From a virus: DNA of 64,000 nt. The number at the start of each line of letters is the position of its first letter. Within the stretch, counting starts at the first letter, position 1. Positions 10,267-20,707 of this stretch are shown piece after piece. Location of the stretch: IMG/VR virus record IMGVR_UViG_3300029389_000414; one strand, written 5' to 3'. The notes beneath the pieces were generated by a model that searched no databases, was not told the DNA's origin, and worked only from the letters and a program-made list of their open reading frames with translations. Both the position numbers and the translations under genes were made by a program.

Positions 10267-10469
10267 CTGTTTTCCTCCTCGTCTGGGTCATCCCAAAGAT
10301 ATTCATTTCTAACTTTTTCTTCAATATCTAAAACACTAAGCCATCCAAAACAACAATCACAGACACGGATCGTCTTCTGGCGTCTTTTACCATAATATTT
10401 TCCTGTAAATTTAATCTTAGTGTTTGGGACCTGTAAATCACTTGCCCCGCAAATCCAGCAGCGTATCAT
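10263..10469 (-). CDS. small zinc-ribbon protein
   Basis: 68 aa with CWICG...CDCCFGW; 4-nt overlap with the downstream gene. Confidence 0.45.
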   Translation of the reverse strand: MIRCWICGASDLQVPNTKIKFTGKYYGKRRQKTIRVCDCCFGWLSVLDIEEKVRNEYLWDDPDEEENR

Positions 10470-10480
10470 CCTGCCACCTC

Positions 10481-10762
10481 CTAATATTCAGATGGGAACA
10501 GGATAGTCGTGACAGAACGGTCCCATTCCGTAATGATCCAGATTTTTCCGTGACTGGTCTCATAAGCTGAAAGGATTCTGTCCCCGGATTCTAATGCGCG
10601 GTCATTTTCTGCCTTGTCTTCTTCACAGACGCTTCCCCAGTCGCCAGATACATGGCGATTCAGGGACTCCATGACTTTCATGTAAAATTCTTTTTCATCC
10701 ATAAATCTCGCAATATCTTGTGTCATGACAACTTTTCCAAGGTTTAATTTGTTTTTACTCAT
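10481..10762 (-). CDS. hypothetical protein, family often seen on plasmids/ICEs
   Basis: ggaggataacaaa RBS. Motifs GDWG...IWIITEWDRSVTTILFPSEY. Confidence 0.5.
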   Translation of the reverse strand: MSKNKLNLGKVVMTQDIARFMDEKEFYMKVMESLNRHVSGDWGSVCEEDKAENDRALESGDRILSAYETSHGKIWIITEWDRSVTTILFPSEY

Positions 10763-10777
10763 TTTGTTATCCTCCAA

Positions 10778-10920
10778 ATGATTATTTGAACATTACAGTA
10801 TAAAATTTAACCTCCATTTCTTCTGTAAATTATGTTCTATAGATAGAATGCATTTTCATTTGAAAAATAAAAAAGAAAGCCCCTTAAAGAGACTTTCTTA
10901 AATACTGTAATGTTACAATT
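10778..10920 (-). repeat. intergenic cassette copy 2
   Basis: Near-identical module: gaacattacagtat, cctccatttcttctgtaaattatgttctatagatagaatg, aaaataaaaaagaaagcccc ttaaagag actttc hairpin, tactgtaatgtt. Confidence 0.75.
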
Positions 10921-11817
10921 TTACTTTTTCTGCTGCAGCTTTATAAATTTGTCTGCCGGTTCAAAGATATTTTCTTTTCGATCATAGTGGTACACGTTGT
11001 TCGTCAGGCGATCAGCCATTTCGACACGGTTCGTACTTACTTCCTGGACTAAGGTATGCCTTCTTGGTGATCGGTGAGAGCCTTTGGATTCTTGTACATG
11101 ACATTCCGAAGGATCCGGAACAAATCCAAGTTCCTTTTTGTATGCCTTTACATACCGGTATCCCACATCCCAGTGTCTGGTAGCAGACGGAACAGATTTA
11201 CCATTCCTGAGCCTTATCAATACAGTTTCCCTGCCCTTGTCGCTGATATCAGGCTCGGAGCTGGATAAGTATGCAATCAGGGAAAAGATCAGATGATTAT
11301 AGGACCGCTCCCCGGTATATCCTCCTTCGAAATCTATCAGGGAATCTTCCAGGGTCTTTCCTTCGGAATAATCCATGCTTGCCTTCATAAATACGATCTG
11401 TACTGGATTCACACGTACCAGTGCGATCATTGCAAGTACCTGGTCTTTTGGATTATTATGGATGTATACCCCGACAATTTCCTTGTCATCTACCGTCATA
11501 TGACTTTCCTCAATATCCATGTAGAATGTATCGTAAGGCAAATGCAGGTCCTGCATCCGAAAATCTAATTCTGTAGCAGCATTGAGTTCGGAAGCAAGCA
11601 GGGGATGGAAACGGTATGCCTGTCTGGTCTTTAAGTATTCTGTAAAAACAGCAACACCCAGGACCACCTCGTTAAGGTCTTCTTCGGTACGATATGTATC
11701 ACGCTCGGCAAAATAAGGACGGATTTCTTCATAGCGGATCTGTTTCGGGCATTTTACATCTTCCAGCGCTTCTCTGGCCAGTCTGGATGCCATGTATTCT
11801 TCTTTGTGTTTTTTCAT
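10921..11817 (-). CDS. hypothetical protein
   Basis: Start at the ATG after ggaggataacctg (MKKHKEEY...). Confidence 0.5.
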   Translation of the reverse strand: MKKHKEEYMASRLAREALEDVKCPKQIRYEEIRPYFAERDTYRTEEDLNEVVLGVAVFTEYLKTRQAYRFHPLLASELNAATELDFRMQDLHLPYDTFYMDIEESHMTVDDKEIVGVYIHNNPKDQVLAMIALVRVNPVQIVFMKASMDYSEGKTLEDSLIDFEGGYTGERSYNHLIFSLIAYLSSSEPDISDKGRETVLIRLRNGKSVPSATRHWDVGYRYVKAYKKELGFVPDPSECHVQESKGSHRSPRRHTLVQEVSTNRVEMADRLTNNVYHYDRKENIFEPADKFIKLQQKK

Positions 11818-11847
11818 CAGGTTATCCTCCAAAAATAGATTGAACAT

Positions 11848-12004
11848 TGCAGTATTTTCTTTTTCCTCCGTTTCTTCTGCATATTATGTTCTAACTATAG
11901 TGTGATTTTTGGAATAAAAAACAAAAAAAAGAAAGCCTCAATTAAGAGACTTTCTAAAAACTGTAATGTGCAGTATTTGTTTTTTGATCCTACCCCGCAG
12001 CCAA
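11848..12004 (-). repeat. intergenic cassette copy 3
   Basis: Same module with variant inverted repeats (aacattgcagta / aactgtaatgtg) and hairpin gaaagcctc...gagactttc. Confidence 0.7.
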
Positions 12005-12913
12005 TTACTGTTTTACACCCTGAAGAAATGATTCAATCTCAGTAAACACGATATTCGAATATGGCTGGTCATGAAGTACATCGTGAGCTGCGTCTTTTAT
12101 ACAGCAGATCTTTGTATCTTTATTGTTTTTATGATAGGCTTTATAGACCTTAGCGACTCCTTTACCGAATCCAGCAACCGGATCATTTTCTCCATACAAG
12201 AAGAGCGTAGGTATTATGCTGTTATTTGGTTTTTTCATTTTTTTGTTGCAGTAAGACATTCCCCTTAAGAATTCGCAGAAGAATCCCGGAGTAAAATCAG
12301 TTTTTACAAGCCAGTCCTCTTCATATTTTATACGCGATTTTTCGTCCGTAAACAGCCAGTAATTGTCAGGCATCCCTTTGATATTGTAATTATCAAAAGC
12401 TAATTTCCTGATCTTATCATTGGAGCGTTCCATTGTATTGCGATATTTGCCCCTCAAATATTTTTCCAAAATCTTCAGAACGGGCGTTGGCTGATGACCT
12501 GTCCCTATTAGGATTTCTGCCGTATATCCATTCAGATTTTCTAACGAGCGCACGACAAATGAGCCAAGTGAAAATCCCAAAAGATAAACTGGTTTTCCCG
12601 GATATAACTCTTCGGATTTCTGTCGGATTAATTTTACATCAGATACAGCATCAAACCAGTTTTTCAGATAAATGTCTGGTTCTATCTTTTTTGTATTGCT
12701 GGAAAGGCCATGTCCGATCATATCATTCCCTATGACGGCATACCCCTGCCTCGTAAAATATTCTCCAAATTCTTCATATCGGTCCATATGTTCTGTCATG
12801 CCATGTGCAATCTGAATGACCCCTGTTACTTCCACATCAGATGGTGTGAAATTTACCACATGGAGGATTGTATTGGAGTCTGTAGATTCACATGAAAAAC
12901 ATTTTTTAATCAT
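12005..12913 (-). CDS. alpha/beta hydrolase (lysophospholipase/monoglyceride lipase-like)
   Basis: Oxyanion-region HGMTEHMDRY, nucleophile elbow GFSLGS, and a C-terminal D...H. Confidence 0.7.
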   Translation of the reverse strand: MIKKCFSCESTDSNTILHVVNFTPSDVEVTGVIQIAHGMTEHMDRYEEFGEYFTRQGYAVIGNDMIGHGLSSNTKKIEPDIYLKNWFDAVSDVKLIRQKSEELYPGKPVYLLGFSLGSFVVRSLENLNGYTAEILIGTGHQPTPVLKILEKYLRGKYRNTMERSNDKIRKLAFDNYNIKGMPDNYWLFTDEKSRIKYEEDWLVKTDFTPGFFCEFLRGMSYCNKKMKKPNNSIIPTLFLYGENDPVAGFGKGVAKVYKAYHKNNKDTKICCIKDAAHDVLHDQPYSNIVFTEIESFLQGVKQ

Positions 12914-12957
12914 TTGTAAATGTCCTATCCTTTCTTTGTAATTATCTTTAGTCTAAT

Positions 12958-13410
12958 TTAGCCCCATTCAACTAACACTTTTCCAGTGTCCTCATCTGTT
13001 GCAGCAAAGTCATATTCTACTTCGCCGCATTCTTCATTGCAGAAATCCGACATTTCTGTGAAAAATGGATTCTCCCCATTTTCTAACATGCGGATTTCCT
13101 CTTGAGTTGCCTCAAATTCCTGAGTGACACTGATGGATTTCTCCAAAGTCACACTAACTGATGTTGTAAATTCGACTTGTTCTTTTTGGAATTCCACGTA
13201 AAAGTCAACTTCATTATTACAGCCTTCCACGTCACAGATTTCACTGGAAGCAGGACTTCTGCTAACACTGGCTTCTTCCAATTCCTTTACATATTTTGCA
13301 CGGCATCCCGGACAGATTGCAGCCCATGGTCTTTCAGAGTTATCTATCGATTTGTGGAAATCATCGAATCTAATTTTTTCTCCGGATGTTGTTTTGTAAA
13401 TCATTTTCAT
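12958..13410 (-). CDS. hypothetical acidic Cys-containing protein
   Basis: ggaggataacaat RBS; 150 aa. Confidence 0.5.
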   Translation of the reverse strand: MKMIYKTTSGEKIRFDDFHKSIDNSERPWAAICPGCRAKYVKELEEASVSRSPASSEICDVEGCNNEVDFYVEFQKEQVEFTTSVSVTLEKSISVTQEFEATQEEIRMLENGENPFFTEMSDFCNEECGEVEYDFAATDEDTGKVLVEWG

Positions 13411-13446
13411 ATTGTTATCCTCCTAATTTTGAAATCTACGTTTCAT

Positions 13447-13596
13447 CTATATAATTTCTACATCGTCCAATTTGTTTCCATTTTTTTTGACTAACCATAA
13501 ATCCTTTGTAAGTCTGCGAATAGGCTGATACCCGTTGTATTCAAGATAATCCTTTCCCTCTTCTGTATTCTCACACCATGTTTTTACGATCTTCAT
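13447..13596 (-). CDS. small hypothetical protein (49 aa)
   Basis: ATG after a taggagaataaaatt RBS; 50 codons in frame. Below the ORF-track cutoff. Confidence 0.3.
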   Translation of the reverse strand: MKIVKTWCENTEEGKDYLEYNGYQPIRRLTKDLWLVKKNGNKLDDVEII

Positions 13597-13701
13597 AATT
13601 TTATTCTCCTAATATAAGTTGGTAATAATATAATTCATCTTCATCAATTCCATTTGATTCTGTTCCTCTTTCGTTTTCTCTTCTTCACCCTCTTTTCTTT
13701 C

Positions 13702-14925
13702 TTAAATGAAAATTATCTTTTCCGGTATTACGGCAGAAACTTGATATCCTTCATTTTTCAATTGTTCCATGACTACTTCTGCAAGAATATCTGTATTCCA
13801 TTCACAGGCCTTGAACTGATAGTCACAGATAGCAATTTCTATTTCATCAATTTTTTCATCTGGCAGCTCAGGACCTGTAAGCTTCAAAATCTGGCAGCCT
13901 TCGTTCCTGTCACACCTGTCACGAAAAGAAATATAGAATTCCCTTACATCTGAATGCTCTGTTTTTGCGGATTCCGTCGCATACCATTTCTTTTCAAATT
14001 CCTGTATTTTACCCAGAAATTCCGGATCTACATCATAGGCCGATTTTGCATTTTCAATGCAGTCCTGCAAGACTTTTGCTTCCTGCAGCACTTTTAACCT
14101 GCCATCAATAACTTCAAGCTTGTAAGAAGTAAAGGTTCGGTAGTTGGCGATCAGGAAATTGTTTCCATCACGATTTACGATATGATCATCATTATCGAAA
14201 AGTTCCAGGTAATCTAACACCATACCTTCATAAGTATCTGTTTTCGGTCCTGTTTTAGAAATTGTCCGTTTTGATTGAAAGTGGGAACACATATTCGATT
14301 CATCATAACTGAGATGATGATTTACTACATAATCATTTAAAGCAAAAAACATATCTCGTTCCAGATTTTTCTGCCAATTGCTGTCATGCCAATTGATCTG
14401 AATCTCATAATCTATATAATCATCAGATACCCAGTCGTCTTCCTGCTCGCCCTGCTTGATGCAGACAAAATATCCAAGAATCGGACGTTTGTCATTTTCT
14501 GTAACAGAACGGCCGCATTGCTCATATGTGGTAATATTAAGTTCTACATCCACATATCCGACTTCCAGCACTGCTACACCGCGGTATGGATCCCCGTTTT
14601 CACAAGTTGCAGACATATAATCTATCTGCAGATCATCGATCAGGGACGGTAGTTCATTGAGCGTAAATGAATAATCTTTCCGTTTTCTTGCCTGATCAAA
14701 AGTAAGCCCGTAAAGTCTGTGTTCCTCTTTCCAACTTTCAAACCTGTCCATAAGTCCAATCCTGCGGATTGTTGACAAGTCCGCGGCTGACATCATGAAG
14801 CTTTTCTGCTCGCAGTAATTGCGGACCATTTCAAATTTTTCTTGACAGAATAATTCATCATCTTCGATCCCTGCTGAAAGTCTGTTGATCATTTCCATTA
14901 AAGACATTTGTTTTGTTGTACTCAT
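13702..14925 (-). CDS. hypothetical 407-aa protein
   Basis: ggaggataacaat RBS directly after a cassette. Confidence 0.55.
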   Translation of the reverse strand: MSTTKQMSLMEMINRLSAGIEDDELFCQEKFEMVRNYCEQKSFMMSAADLSTIRRIGLMDRFESWKEEHRLYGLTFDQARKRKDYSFTLNELPSLIDDLQIDYMSATCENGDPYRGVAVLEVGYVDVELNITTYEQCGRSVTENDKRPILGYFVCIKQGEQEDDWVSDDYIDYEIQINWHDSNWQKNLERDMFFALNDYVVNHHLSYDESNMCSHFQSKRTISKTGPKTDTYEGMVLDYLELFDNDDHIVNRDGNNFLIANYRTFTSYKLEVIDGRLKVLQEAKVLQDCIENAKSAYDVDPEFLGKIQEFEKKWYATESAKTEHSDVREFYISFRDRCDRNEGCQILKLTGPELPDEKIDEIEIAICDYQFKACEWNTDILAEVVMEQLKNEGYQVSAVIPEKIIFI

Positions 14926-15060
14926 ATTGTTATCCTCCAGATTATTATTTGAACATTACAGTATTTTGTTTCTCCTCCATTTCTTCTGTAAATTATGTTC
15001 TATTGATAGAGTGCTTTTTCAGGTGGAAAATAAAAAAAGGTATTTATTAAGAGCAAACAT
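14926..15060 (-). repeat. intergenic cassette copy 4
   Basis: gttatcctccagattattatttgaacattacagtattttg...ttctgtaaattatgttctattgatagagtg...aaaataaaaaaag. Confidence 0.7.
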
Positions 15061-15258
15061 TGAATGCAGTAAGAAATACAATAAAAAGAAGAGGACGATT
15101 AATCCCTCTTCCCTTTTTAACATATAAATATTATCTGTTATGTGTATTTTCTGCCGATGTTGTGATTTCTTTTGATGATTAGCCACCGCACACTCATGAC
15201 TTCAGTCGTGCGAGGTTTCACAAATTGTTCAACTTCTCTTCTTATAAATGTATCCTCC

Positions 15259-16173
15259 TTAATTAACTTTTGAGGCTACACTGTCGTAAGATTTTTTTAA
15301 ACTGTTTTTTAATTCAATTGGATTAATCAGCCACCAGTCCTTCGATGGATCATTTAGTTCCAGACGTTCTAAATAGTCCGCATAGGAATTTGTAAGAGAT
15401 CTGTTTGCTTGTAGTTCAGTCATGATTTTACTATAATTCTTTGTTATAACAGCAAAATTTTTTAAATGATTCTGATTTTTTAAGATCCACTCCCGTAGTG
15501 CGAACATTGTTTTCTTTTCAGACGAAAATCCAGCTAAAATTGTCTTTCTTACATAAGGAAGTTGTATACAAACATTCCATTTATTAAATTCTTTTGAAAC
15601 AATGAATTTCACGGAAAGATTATTTGAAAAATTCAAATATTTAATGTAAGCTGGTTTATCTGGGCGATGCCAGACATCCGTTTCGTGCCGATCGCTTAAA
15701 AATAATCCATAATGTTCTGGAATTCGATAATCCTCCTCGGTAAGCCTGCCTCCACTATTAAATCTTTTTTCAAACATTTTATATATCTGATTCTCTTTTT
15801 TATCCTGAAAATTTAAAAGTTCAGGTGAATACAAATAATGGATCTTTAACTGTTCCCAATCCCGGAAAACAGGAATCCAGTTTTTTGCCGTATCTTTCCG
15901 AATAGTACAAAGCTTACTGCCATCTTTATAAAGAATCATTTTTTCGTTTTTAATAATAAAAGTGTAGTCCGTATTAAAAAATCCTGGCAAAGCTGTATAT
16001 TCGTATATTGGATATTTTTCTCTTAATTCTTTCATAATTGTATCTATGAGTCCGTTTTGGAAAATATCCAAAAGTGTCACCACATGTAAATTATGGGTGA
16101 TGTCTTCTACTTCACAATAAACAAACTCAGTAATAACCTTTTTAGATGCTTCTTTCATTATATAAAAATTCAT
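15259..16173 (-). CDS. hypothetical 304-aa protein
   Basis: ggaggataacat RBS. Confidence 0.55.
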   Translation of the reverse strand: MNFYIMKEASKKVITEFVYCEVEDITHNLHVVTLLDIFQNGLIDTIMKELREKYPIYEYTALPGFFNTDYTFIIKNEKMILYKDGSKLCTIRKDTAKNWIPVFRDWEQLKIHYLYSPELLNFQDKKENQIYKMFEKRFNSGGRLTEEDYRIPEHYGLFLSDRHETDVWHRPDKPAYIKYLNFSNNLSVKFIVSKEFNKWNVCIQLPYVRKTILAGFSSEKKTMFALREWILKNQNHLKNFAVITKNYSKIMTELQANRSLTNSYADYLERLELNDPSKDWWLINPIELKNSLKKSYDSVASKVN

Positions 16174-16468
16174 ATGTTATCCTCCTAATAAAATGTATTG
16201 ACATAACAGATGTATAATTGTATCCTTCTTTCATATCATTTATAATTGACATCATCGATTCCTCCAGATTATTTTTCAATCCGGATTCGTTGATCATACA
16301 GATTAAATTGTACCCTTCCTGATTTTTACATAAAGCATCGTACAGTGTATTGTAAAAACGTTCCTGCACAGCCTCCGCATTTTTCCTTCCTGAAGTTCCA
16401 TTCGAATCACTGCTGAAACGTGCAGTTTTGCATGGTCCGCTCTTGGAATAAATGGAAATGTGACTCAA
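16142..16468 (-). CDS. possible small ORF (start uncertain)
   Basis: TTG start with no RBS. An internal RBS-preceded ATG would give only a 38-aa product. Confidence 0.25.
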   Translation of the reverse strand: MSHISIYSKSGPCKTARFSSDSNGTSGRKNAEAVQERFYNTLYDALCKNQEGYNLICMINESGLKNNLEESMMSIINDMKEGYNYTSVMSIHFIRRITYEFLYNERSI

Positions 16469-16531
16469 TTTTAGCTTCTATCTGAAATTTTCTTGTGTCT
16501 CGTCCATCCATGGTTATTCTCCTTTTTTTGA

Positions 16532-16903
16532 CTAAATTTTTCTTTGCATCAGATCTATCCCCAATGCAACACTTGCGACTACTCTTTTATCCCATTCCGC
16601 AAAATCGAGAAAAGATTCTGGATCGCTGCCATCTTCTTTATAATACAGAGTCGCTTCAACGGACACTGGGCGTCCTTCATTATACATGATAACGGCGTAT
16701 TCATTATTTGAATCATAGACTGGCAGGTTTTCACGTTTACAGATTTCCACCAATTTTGCTGTGTCGTAGTAACGGTTAAATGACGGAAGTTCACAGATTA
16801 GTTGCGCTTTTACATCTGTTACTCTGCGTCCATCAATCTTAATGTCATAAAAATGATAAAACTTAAATACTACATTTATTCTATCTGGTCTTTTATGTCT
16901 CAT
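16532..16903 (-). CDS. hypothetical protein
   Basis: ggaggataact RBS. Confidence 0.5.
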   Translation of the reverse strand: MRHKRPDRINVVFKFYHFYDIKIDGRRVTDVKAQLICELPSFNRYYDTAKLVEICKRENLPVYDSNNEYAVIMYNEGRPVSVEATLYYKEDGSDPESFLDFAEWDKRVVASVALGIDLMQRKI

Positions 16904-17023
16904 AGTTATCCTCCTAATTGTATTGACATAACAGATATTTAATTGATTCCTCCTTTCTTCTGTAAATTTTTATGCCTATTAATAGAATGAAATTTCAACT
17001 GAAAAATAAAAAAGCCCCGGTAT
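16904..17023 (-). repeat. intergenic cassette copy 5 (shortened)
   Basis: gttatcctcctaattgtattgacataacagat...ttctgtaaatttttatgcctattaatagaatg...aaaataaaaaagccccgg...ccaaggctc hairpin. Confidence 0.65.
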
Positions 17024-17488
17024 TTACACCAAGGCTCTTCCCGCAGTTGCGGATAATAAGGTACACAACATAACTCCCCAAATAATCATTAATATCCCAA
17101 CGATCAGGAATGATATTTTTAGCACATTGTCAATCGTTGGACTGGCTGCATATGTACTAGGATTAAGTGTTGGAATGTATAAATAAGTCGGATCCAGTGG
17201 GTCCACATAAATCGTAATCTGCTTGCCAAGAGCTGTCCGACAATCGCCACACACATTGGAACGTTGCCGGTACAATTTTCCTGCATAATCATATTCCAGA
17301 ACCGGATATCTGTAATTGTAATAATCTCCATCCATGATACCTTGCGACATTTGGAGATCTACGATTGTAGCAGTTACCGGAGCTTTACATTTCTTCTTCC
17401 GTTTAGAAAGATCAGAAGACACAACTGCGGAAACTGCAAGGAAGATTCCGTCTGCAATAATAAATATAAGTCCATAATAATTGCTCAT
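17024..17488 (-). CDS. membrane protein (N- and C-terminal TM helices, Cys-rich middle)
   Basis: taagggg RBS before MSNYYGLIFII; hydrophobic termini. Confidence 0.5.
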   Translation of the reverse strand: MSNYYGLIFIIADGIFLAVSAVVSSDLSKRKKKCKAPVTATIVDLQMSQGIMDGDYYNYRYPVLEYDYAGKLYRQRSNVCGDCRTALGKQITIYVDPLDPTYLYIPTLNPSTYAASPTIDNVLKISFLIVGILMIIWGVMLCTLLSATAGRALV

Positions 17489-17699
17489 AATATACCCCTT
17501 AATATTCAATTGCTTTCAAAAATTCCTGTGCATCTTCCATGTTAACTTCCGGAATATCTACATAAATCAGTGTGTTATCGATTTGGCAGAGATGCATATA
17601 TTGTCCGTTTGTTGATAAAGAATACGTCTGGTAATTTTTACCAGATTTTTCTCCTTCCTTTGCAGAACTTCCCTTTGTAGATTCGAAAGACTCCTTATC

Positions 17700-17837
17700 C
17701 TCCTTGTTATATTTAGAACATACAGTATTTTGTTATCCTCCATTCTTCTGTGTAAATTGTTCTATTATTAGAATAGAGAATTTTTCATGTCATAAAAAAA
17801 GAAGCCTCTGTAGAGACCTCTTTTGTTTACTGTAATG
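17700..17837 (-). repeat. intergenic cassette copy 6 (5'UTR deletion variant)
   Basis: acatacagtattttgttatcctccattcttctgtgtaaattgttctattattagaatagag...aaaaaaagaagcctctgtagagacctctttt...tactgtaatgtt. Confidence 0.65.
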
Positions 17838-18149
17838 TTAGAAATATTCGCTCAACTCTTCTCGAATCACAATAGCTTTGATTTCTTTGATTTCTTCCTG
17901 CGTGATATATTCATCCGCATTTTCGAGTTCTTCTATATAAGCATATTCAAGATCCCAGTAAATTGCCACGATCCATTTCTTTTCATTAATATGATATTCG
18001 AATTGGATAAAATAGGGTTCTCCAGCCGAGTCTTCAAACTCTCCCTCTCCAATCTGCATTGTAAATGTAACAGAATCAACCCAGGTGATATAAAAGGGTA
18101 TATACCTGCCTCGAAATATCAGTTGTGCAAAATCAGTTAAAGTTACCAT
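17838..18149 (-). CDS. hypothetical acidic protein
   Basis: ggaggataacact RBS. Confidence 0.5.
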   Translation of the reverse strand: MVTLTDFAQLIFRGRYIPFYITWVDSVTFTMQIGEGEFEDSAGEPYFIQFEYHINEKKWIVAIYWDLEYAYIEELENADEYITQEEIKEIKAIVIREELSEYF

Positions 18150-18181
18150 AGTGTTATCCTCCATTATTCATAACCTTCACA

Positions 18182-18853
18182 TTAATTTTCTGATAAAATA
18201 CTTTGCATATGTTCAATACCGTCTTCCATATAATTCCTTAAAATTTCATTATCAGGAATCACATCTTTCAAAGCGATATATGATTCAACAGATAAAGCAT
18301 TTTCCAACCGGGTCATAAATTTCTCATCTGTTTCCGCAATCTCTGCCAATGCCGAAGTGAGAAGATCATAATGGACATCATCAGTATAATCAAAAAGAAT
18401 GCTCATTTCACAATAGTCGTGAATTTTTATTGCCTGCCCCAGATATTTCTTCTGAGCATCAGTCGCTTGGTATTTTATAAATTTTCTTGTATATGTATCC
18501 TGGAAAAAATCATCTGTCCGCATCCAGCCGACCTTATTGTAATTCTCTTTGCAAAATTCATAGGAAACTGCCAAATACTGCTCATCATTGCAATCAAGGG
18601 AATCATTATCCAGGATCTGCCCCTCAGTGCCAAGGGAAGCGCTCCATAATTCGTGATTTTCGACAGATTGTTCTACTAATTCTACTGCTTCAGCAGGCGT
18701 AACATCGTATACGCATATTGCTCCATCATTGTTATATGTAAAAGCGTATTTGTTCAAAAATGGATTGTATAAATCTCCTTCAGACGTAATAAAATGATAC
18801 ATTGCATTCCAGTCTGAAAAAGTTAAATAATTGAATCGATCTTTTGTTGTCAT
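18182..18853 (-). CDS. hypothetical protein
   Basis: ggaggataacaa RBS; 223 aa. Confidence 0.55.
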   Translation of the reverse strand: MTTKDRFNYLTFSDWNAMYHFITSEGDLYNPFLNKYAFTYNNDGAICVYDVTPAEAVELVEQSVENHELWSASLGTEGQILDNDSLDCNDEQYLAVSYEFCKENYNKVGWMRTDDFFQDTYTRKFIKYQATDAQKKYLGQAIKIHDYCEMSILFDYTDDVHYDLLTSALAEIAETDEKFMTRLENALSVESYIALKDVIPDNEILRNYMEDGIEHMQSILSEN

Positions 18854-19008
18854 TTGTTATCCTCCAGATTATTATTTGAACATTACAGTTTTTTGTTGAT
18901 CCTCCATTTCTTCTGTAAAATTATGTTCTACTGATAGAGTGACTTTTGAGATGAAAAATAAAAAAAAGAAGCCTCATACGAGACTTCTTTTCCATGTTGT
19001 AAATGAAT
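18854..19008 (-). repeat. intergenic cassette copy 7
   Basis: gttatcctccagattattatttgaacattacagtttttt...cctccatttcttctgtaaaattatgttctactgatagagtg...aaaataaaaaaaagaagcctcatacgagacttc. Confidence 0.75.
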
Positions 19009-19683
19009 TTATTTTGCTTTTGTAACTTCACCCGCGAACCATTTGCAGAATTCCTCATGAATCCTATGCGGCTCCTTTGCGAACAGATGACGGTCATAAT
19101 AGATCGCGTGTTCCAGGTCCTTGCCATAAAAGTTTACAGAGAATATGATATCTCCGTATTTTACCATGGCACTTCCCGTGGAATCTTTTCCCCATTTGAT
19201 CGGGGATTCCAGGGAGAATTGTTTCTTTTCCATAAGAACGGGTACCGCGCTTTCACTGTTGCTCTTTTTCGGTTCTGGCATTTCAGTTTTTATTTCTTTC
19301 AGATCCAGACCTAAAGCGGTACGGAAACGGGAAGAGAGGAAATCGTAATCCTCTCCTTGTACTGCAATTTCCTCAAAGCCGTTCTCTTCCATCCAGTCCT
19401 CCACAACATCAATCAGGCGCCCGGTCAATTCCGGGTCGGTCATCTCGATCGTTTTTTGCGGACTTAAGGATTCTTCGAACATACGGATATAGGAATCAAT
19501 ATGTTCAAGCTGCTCCTCTACAGAAAAAGCATTCTTTGTAGAGAAGCAATATCTGGCAACCGTATAGCCGTTCTTGGACATCCAATAAGATGTCTTATTG
19601 TTAAATGCATTCGGAAGTGGATACAGGGCATATATCCCGTCGATGATGTATCCATGTTCTATTTTTTTGATTTCATGTCTCAT
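19009..19683 (-). CDS. hypothetical protein
   Basis: aaggggga RBS. Confidence 0.5.
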   Translation of the reverse strand: MRHEIKKIEHGYIIDGIYALYPLPNAFNNKTSYWMSKNGYTVARYCFSTKNAFSVEEQLEHIDSYIRMFEESLSPQKTIEMTDPELTGRLIDVVEDWMEENGFEEIAVQGEDYDFLSSRFRTALGLDLKEIKTEMPEPKKSNSESAVPVLMEKKQFSLESPIKWGKDSTGSAMVKYGDIIFSVNFYGKDLEHAIYYDRHLFAKEPHRIHEEFCKWFAGEVTKAK

Positions 19684-19695
19684 TTTTAATCCCCC

Positions 19696-19917
19696 TTATA
19701 AGAAAATTGCAGTCAGCAAGAAAAAGACAAATGGTGCATATACTGCACAGAGCAGTTCACCATACTTGTTGATCCGCAATGTTTTCTGTGTATCCTGATA
19801 TCTGTCCATATACTGGATTCGGAAAAGTCTTCCGATTCCCCATATCAGATAGACAAATACCATGGCAGTTACGAGTATGAATGAGATCATGATCAGCGAA
19901 AGTAATATGATTTTCAT
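19696..19917 (-). CDS. small membrane protein (two TM helices)
   Basis: ggaggataaccat RBS; hydrophobic. Confidence 0.5.
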   Translation of the reverse strand: MKIILLSLIMISFILVTAMVFVYLIWGIGRLFRIQYMDRYQDTQKTLRINKYGELLCAVYAPFVFFLLTAIFL

Positions 19918-19936
19918 ATGGTTATCCTCCCTTTTA

Positions 19937-20170
19937 TCAATATGGATTTTTTTCTAAAATGACCTGGCGGTATGCCGGATCATCCGGGTCTTCAAAAGAA
20001 TCAATATAGCGTTCTCCCTCCTCAAAATGTTTTTTTAAGAAATCAGGAAGCTCTTTTAAGCTGACTCTTTCAATGGTATGTTTCCTGTCTGTAAATCTTG
20101 GCAGATCGTAGGTAATAACAGATGCAAACTGCTGTCCGGCAGCCGTATCCCAAAATGAATTCTGATACAT
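19937..20170 (-). CDS. hypothetical small protein
   Basis: ggaggataaccat RBS. Confidence 0.5.
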   Translation of the reverse strand: MYQNSFWDTAAGQQFASVITYDLPRFTDRKHTIERVSLKELPDFLKKHFEEGERYIDSFEDPDDPAYRQVILEKNPY

Positions 20171-20185
20171 ATGGTTATCCTCCTT

Positions 20186-20707
20186 TTAGATTTCGTCATT
20201 TTTTATGAATTCCACAAATTGTTCTTTGAATGGGCGGTTCTGATCGTATACAGCATCATCTAAAAAAGAAAGTAATTCCGCTTTTATGATGCTGGAATCC
20301 AGTTCCTGCAGATATTCCATATCGGTCTTTTCTGTAGGATTTTCTGCTCCGTAAATCAGTTTCGTGCCACATTCCGGACAGTGAGCCGGACGCATTTCTT
20401 CGTAATCATCCATCCTGGCAACAGACGTTCTACAGTTTGGACACAAAATGTCATCGTTTTCATCTGTTCCTTCATAAATGACTTTCATACCGGTACGATA
20501 TTTTTCGCGGTCTTTAATAAGTTCAATAGCATCCGACAGGATGATTCTGTCCTGATCAAAATTGGTATTGTACATACGGATTCGAATATCTTCCAGTTCC
20601 TTCAAAATATCGTAATTGATACCTTTTTCAAACCTTGCAGCAATTTCATCTCCAAGGTCGATATCCGCCTTTCCTTCAATCCATACAAAATCCTCTTTGT
20701 CTTTCAT
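20186..20707 (-). CDS. hypothetical protein with CPNC...CPEC zinc ribbon
   Basis: aaaggagaaaaatc RBS. Confidence 0.5.
   Translation of the reverse strand: MKDKEDFVWIEGKADIDLGDEIAARFEKGINYDILKELEDIRIRMYNTNFDQDRIILSDAIELIKDREKYRTGMKVIYEGTDENDDILCPNCRTSVARMDDYEEMRPAHCPECGTKLIYGAENPTEKTDMEYLQELDSSIIKAELLSFLDDAVYDQNRPFKEQFVEFIKNDEI

Noticed and set aside
17520-17700. Small ORF between the membrane-protein gene and cassette copy 6
   Set aside because: The only ATG gives a 32-aa peptide without an RBS. The cassette RBS (ggaggataa) is directly followed by a stop codon, so it is probably a decayed cassette gene.
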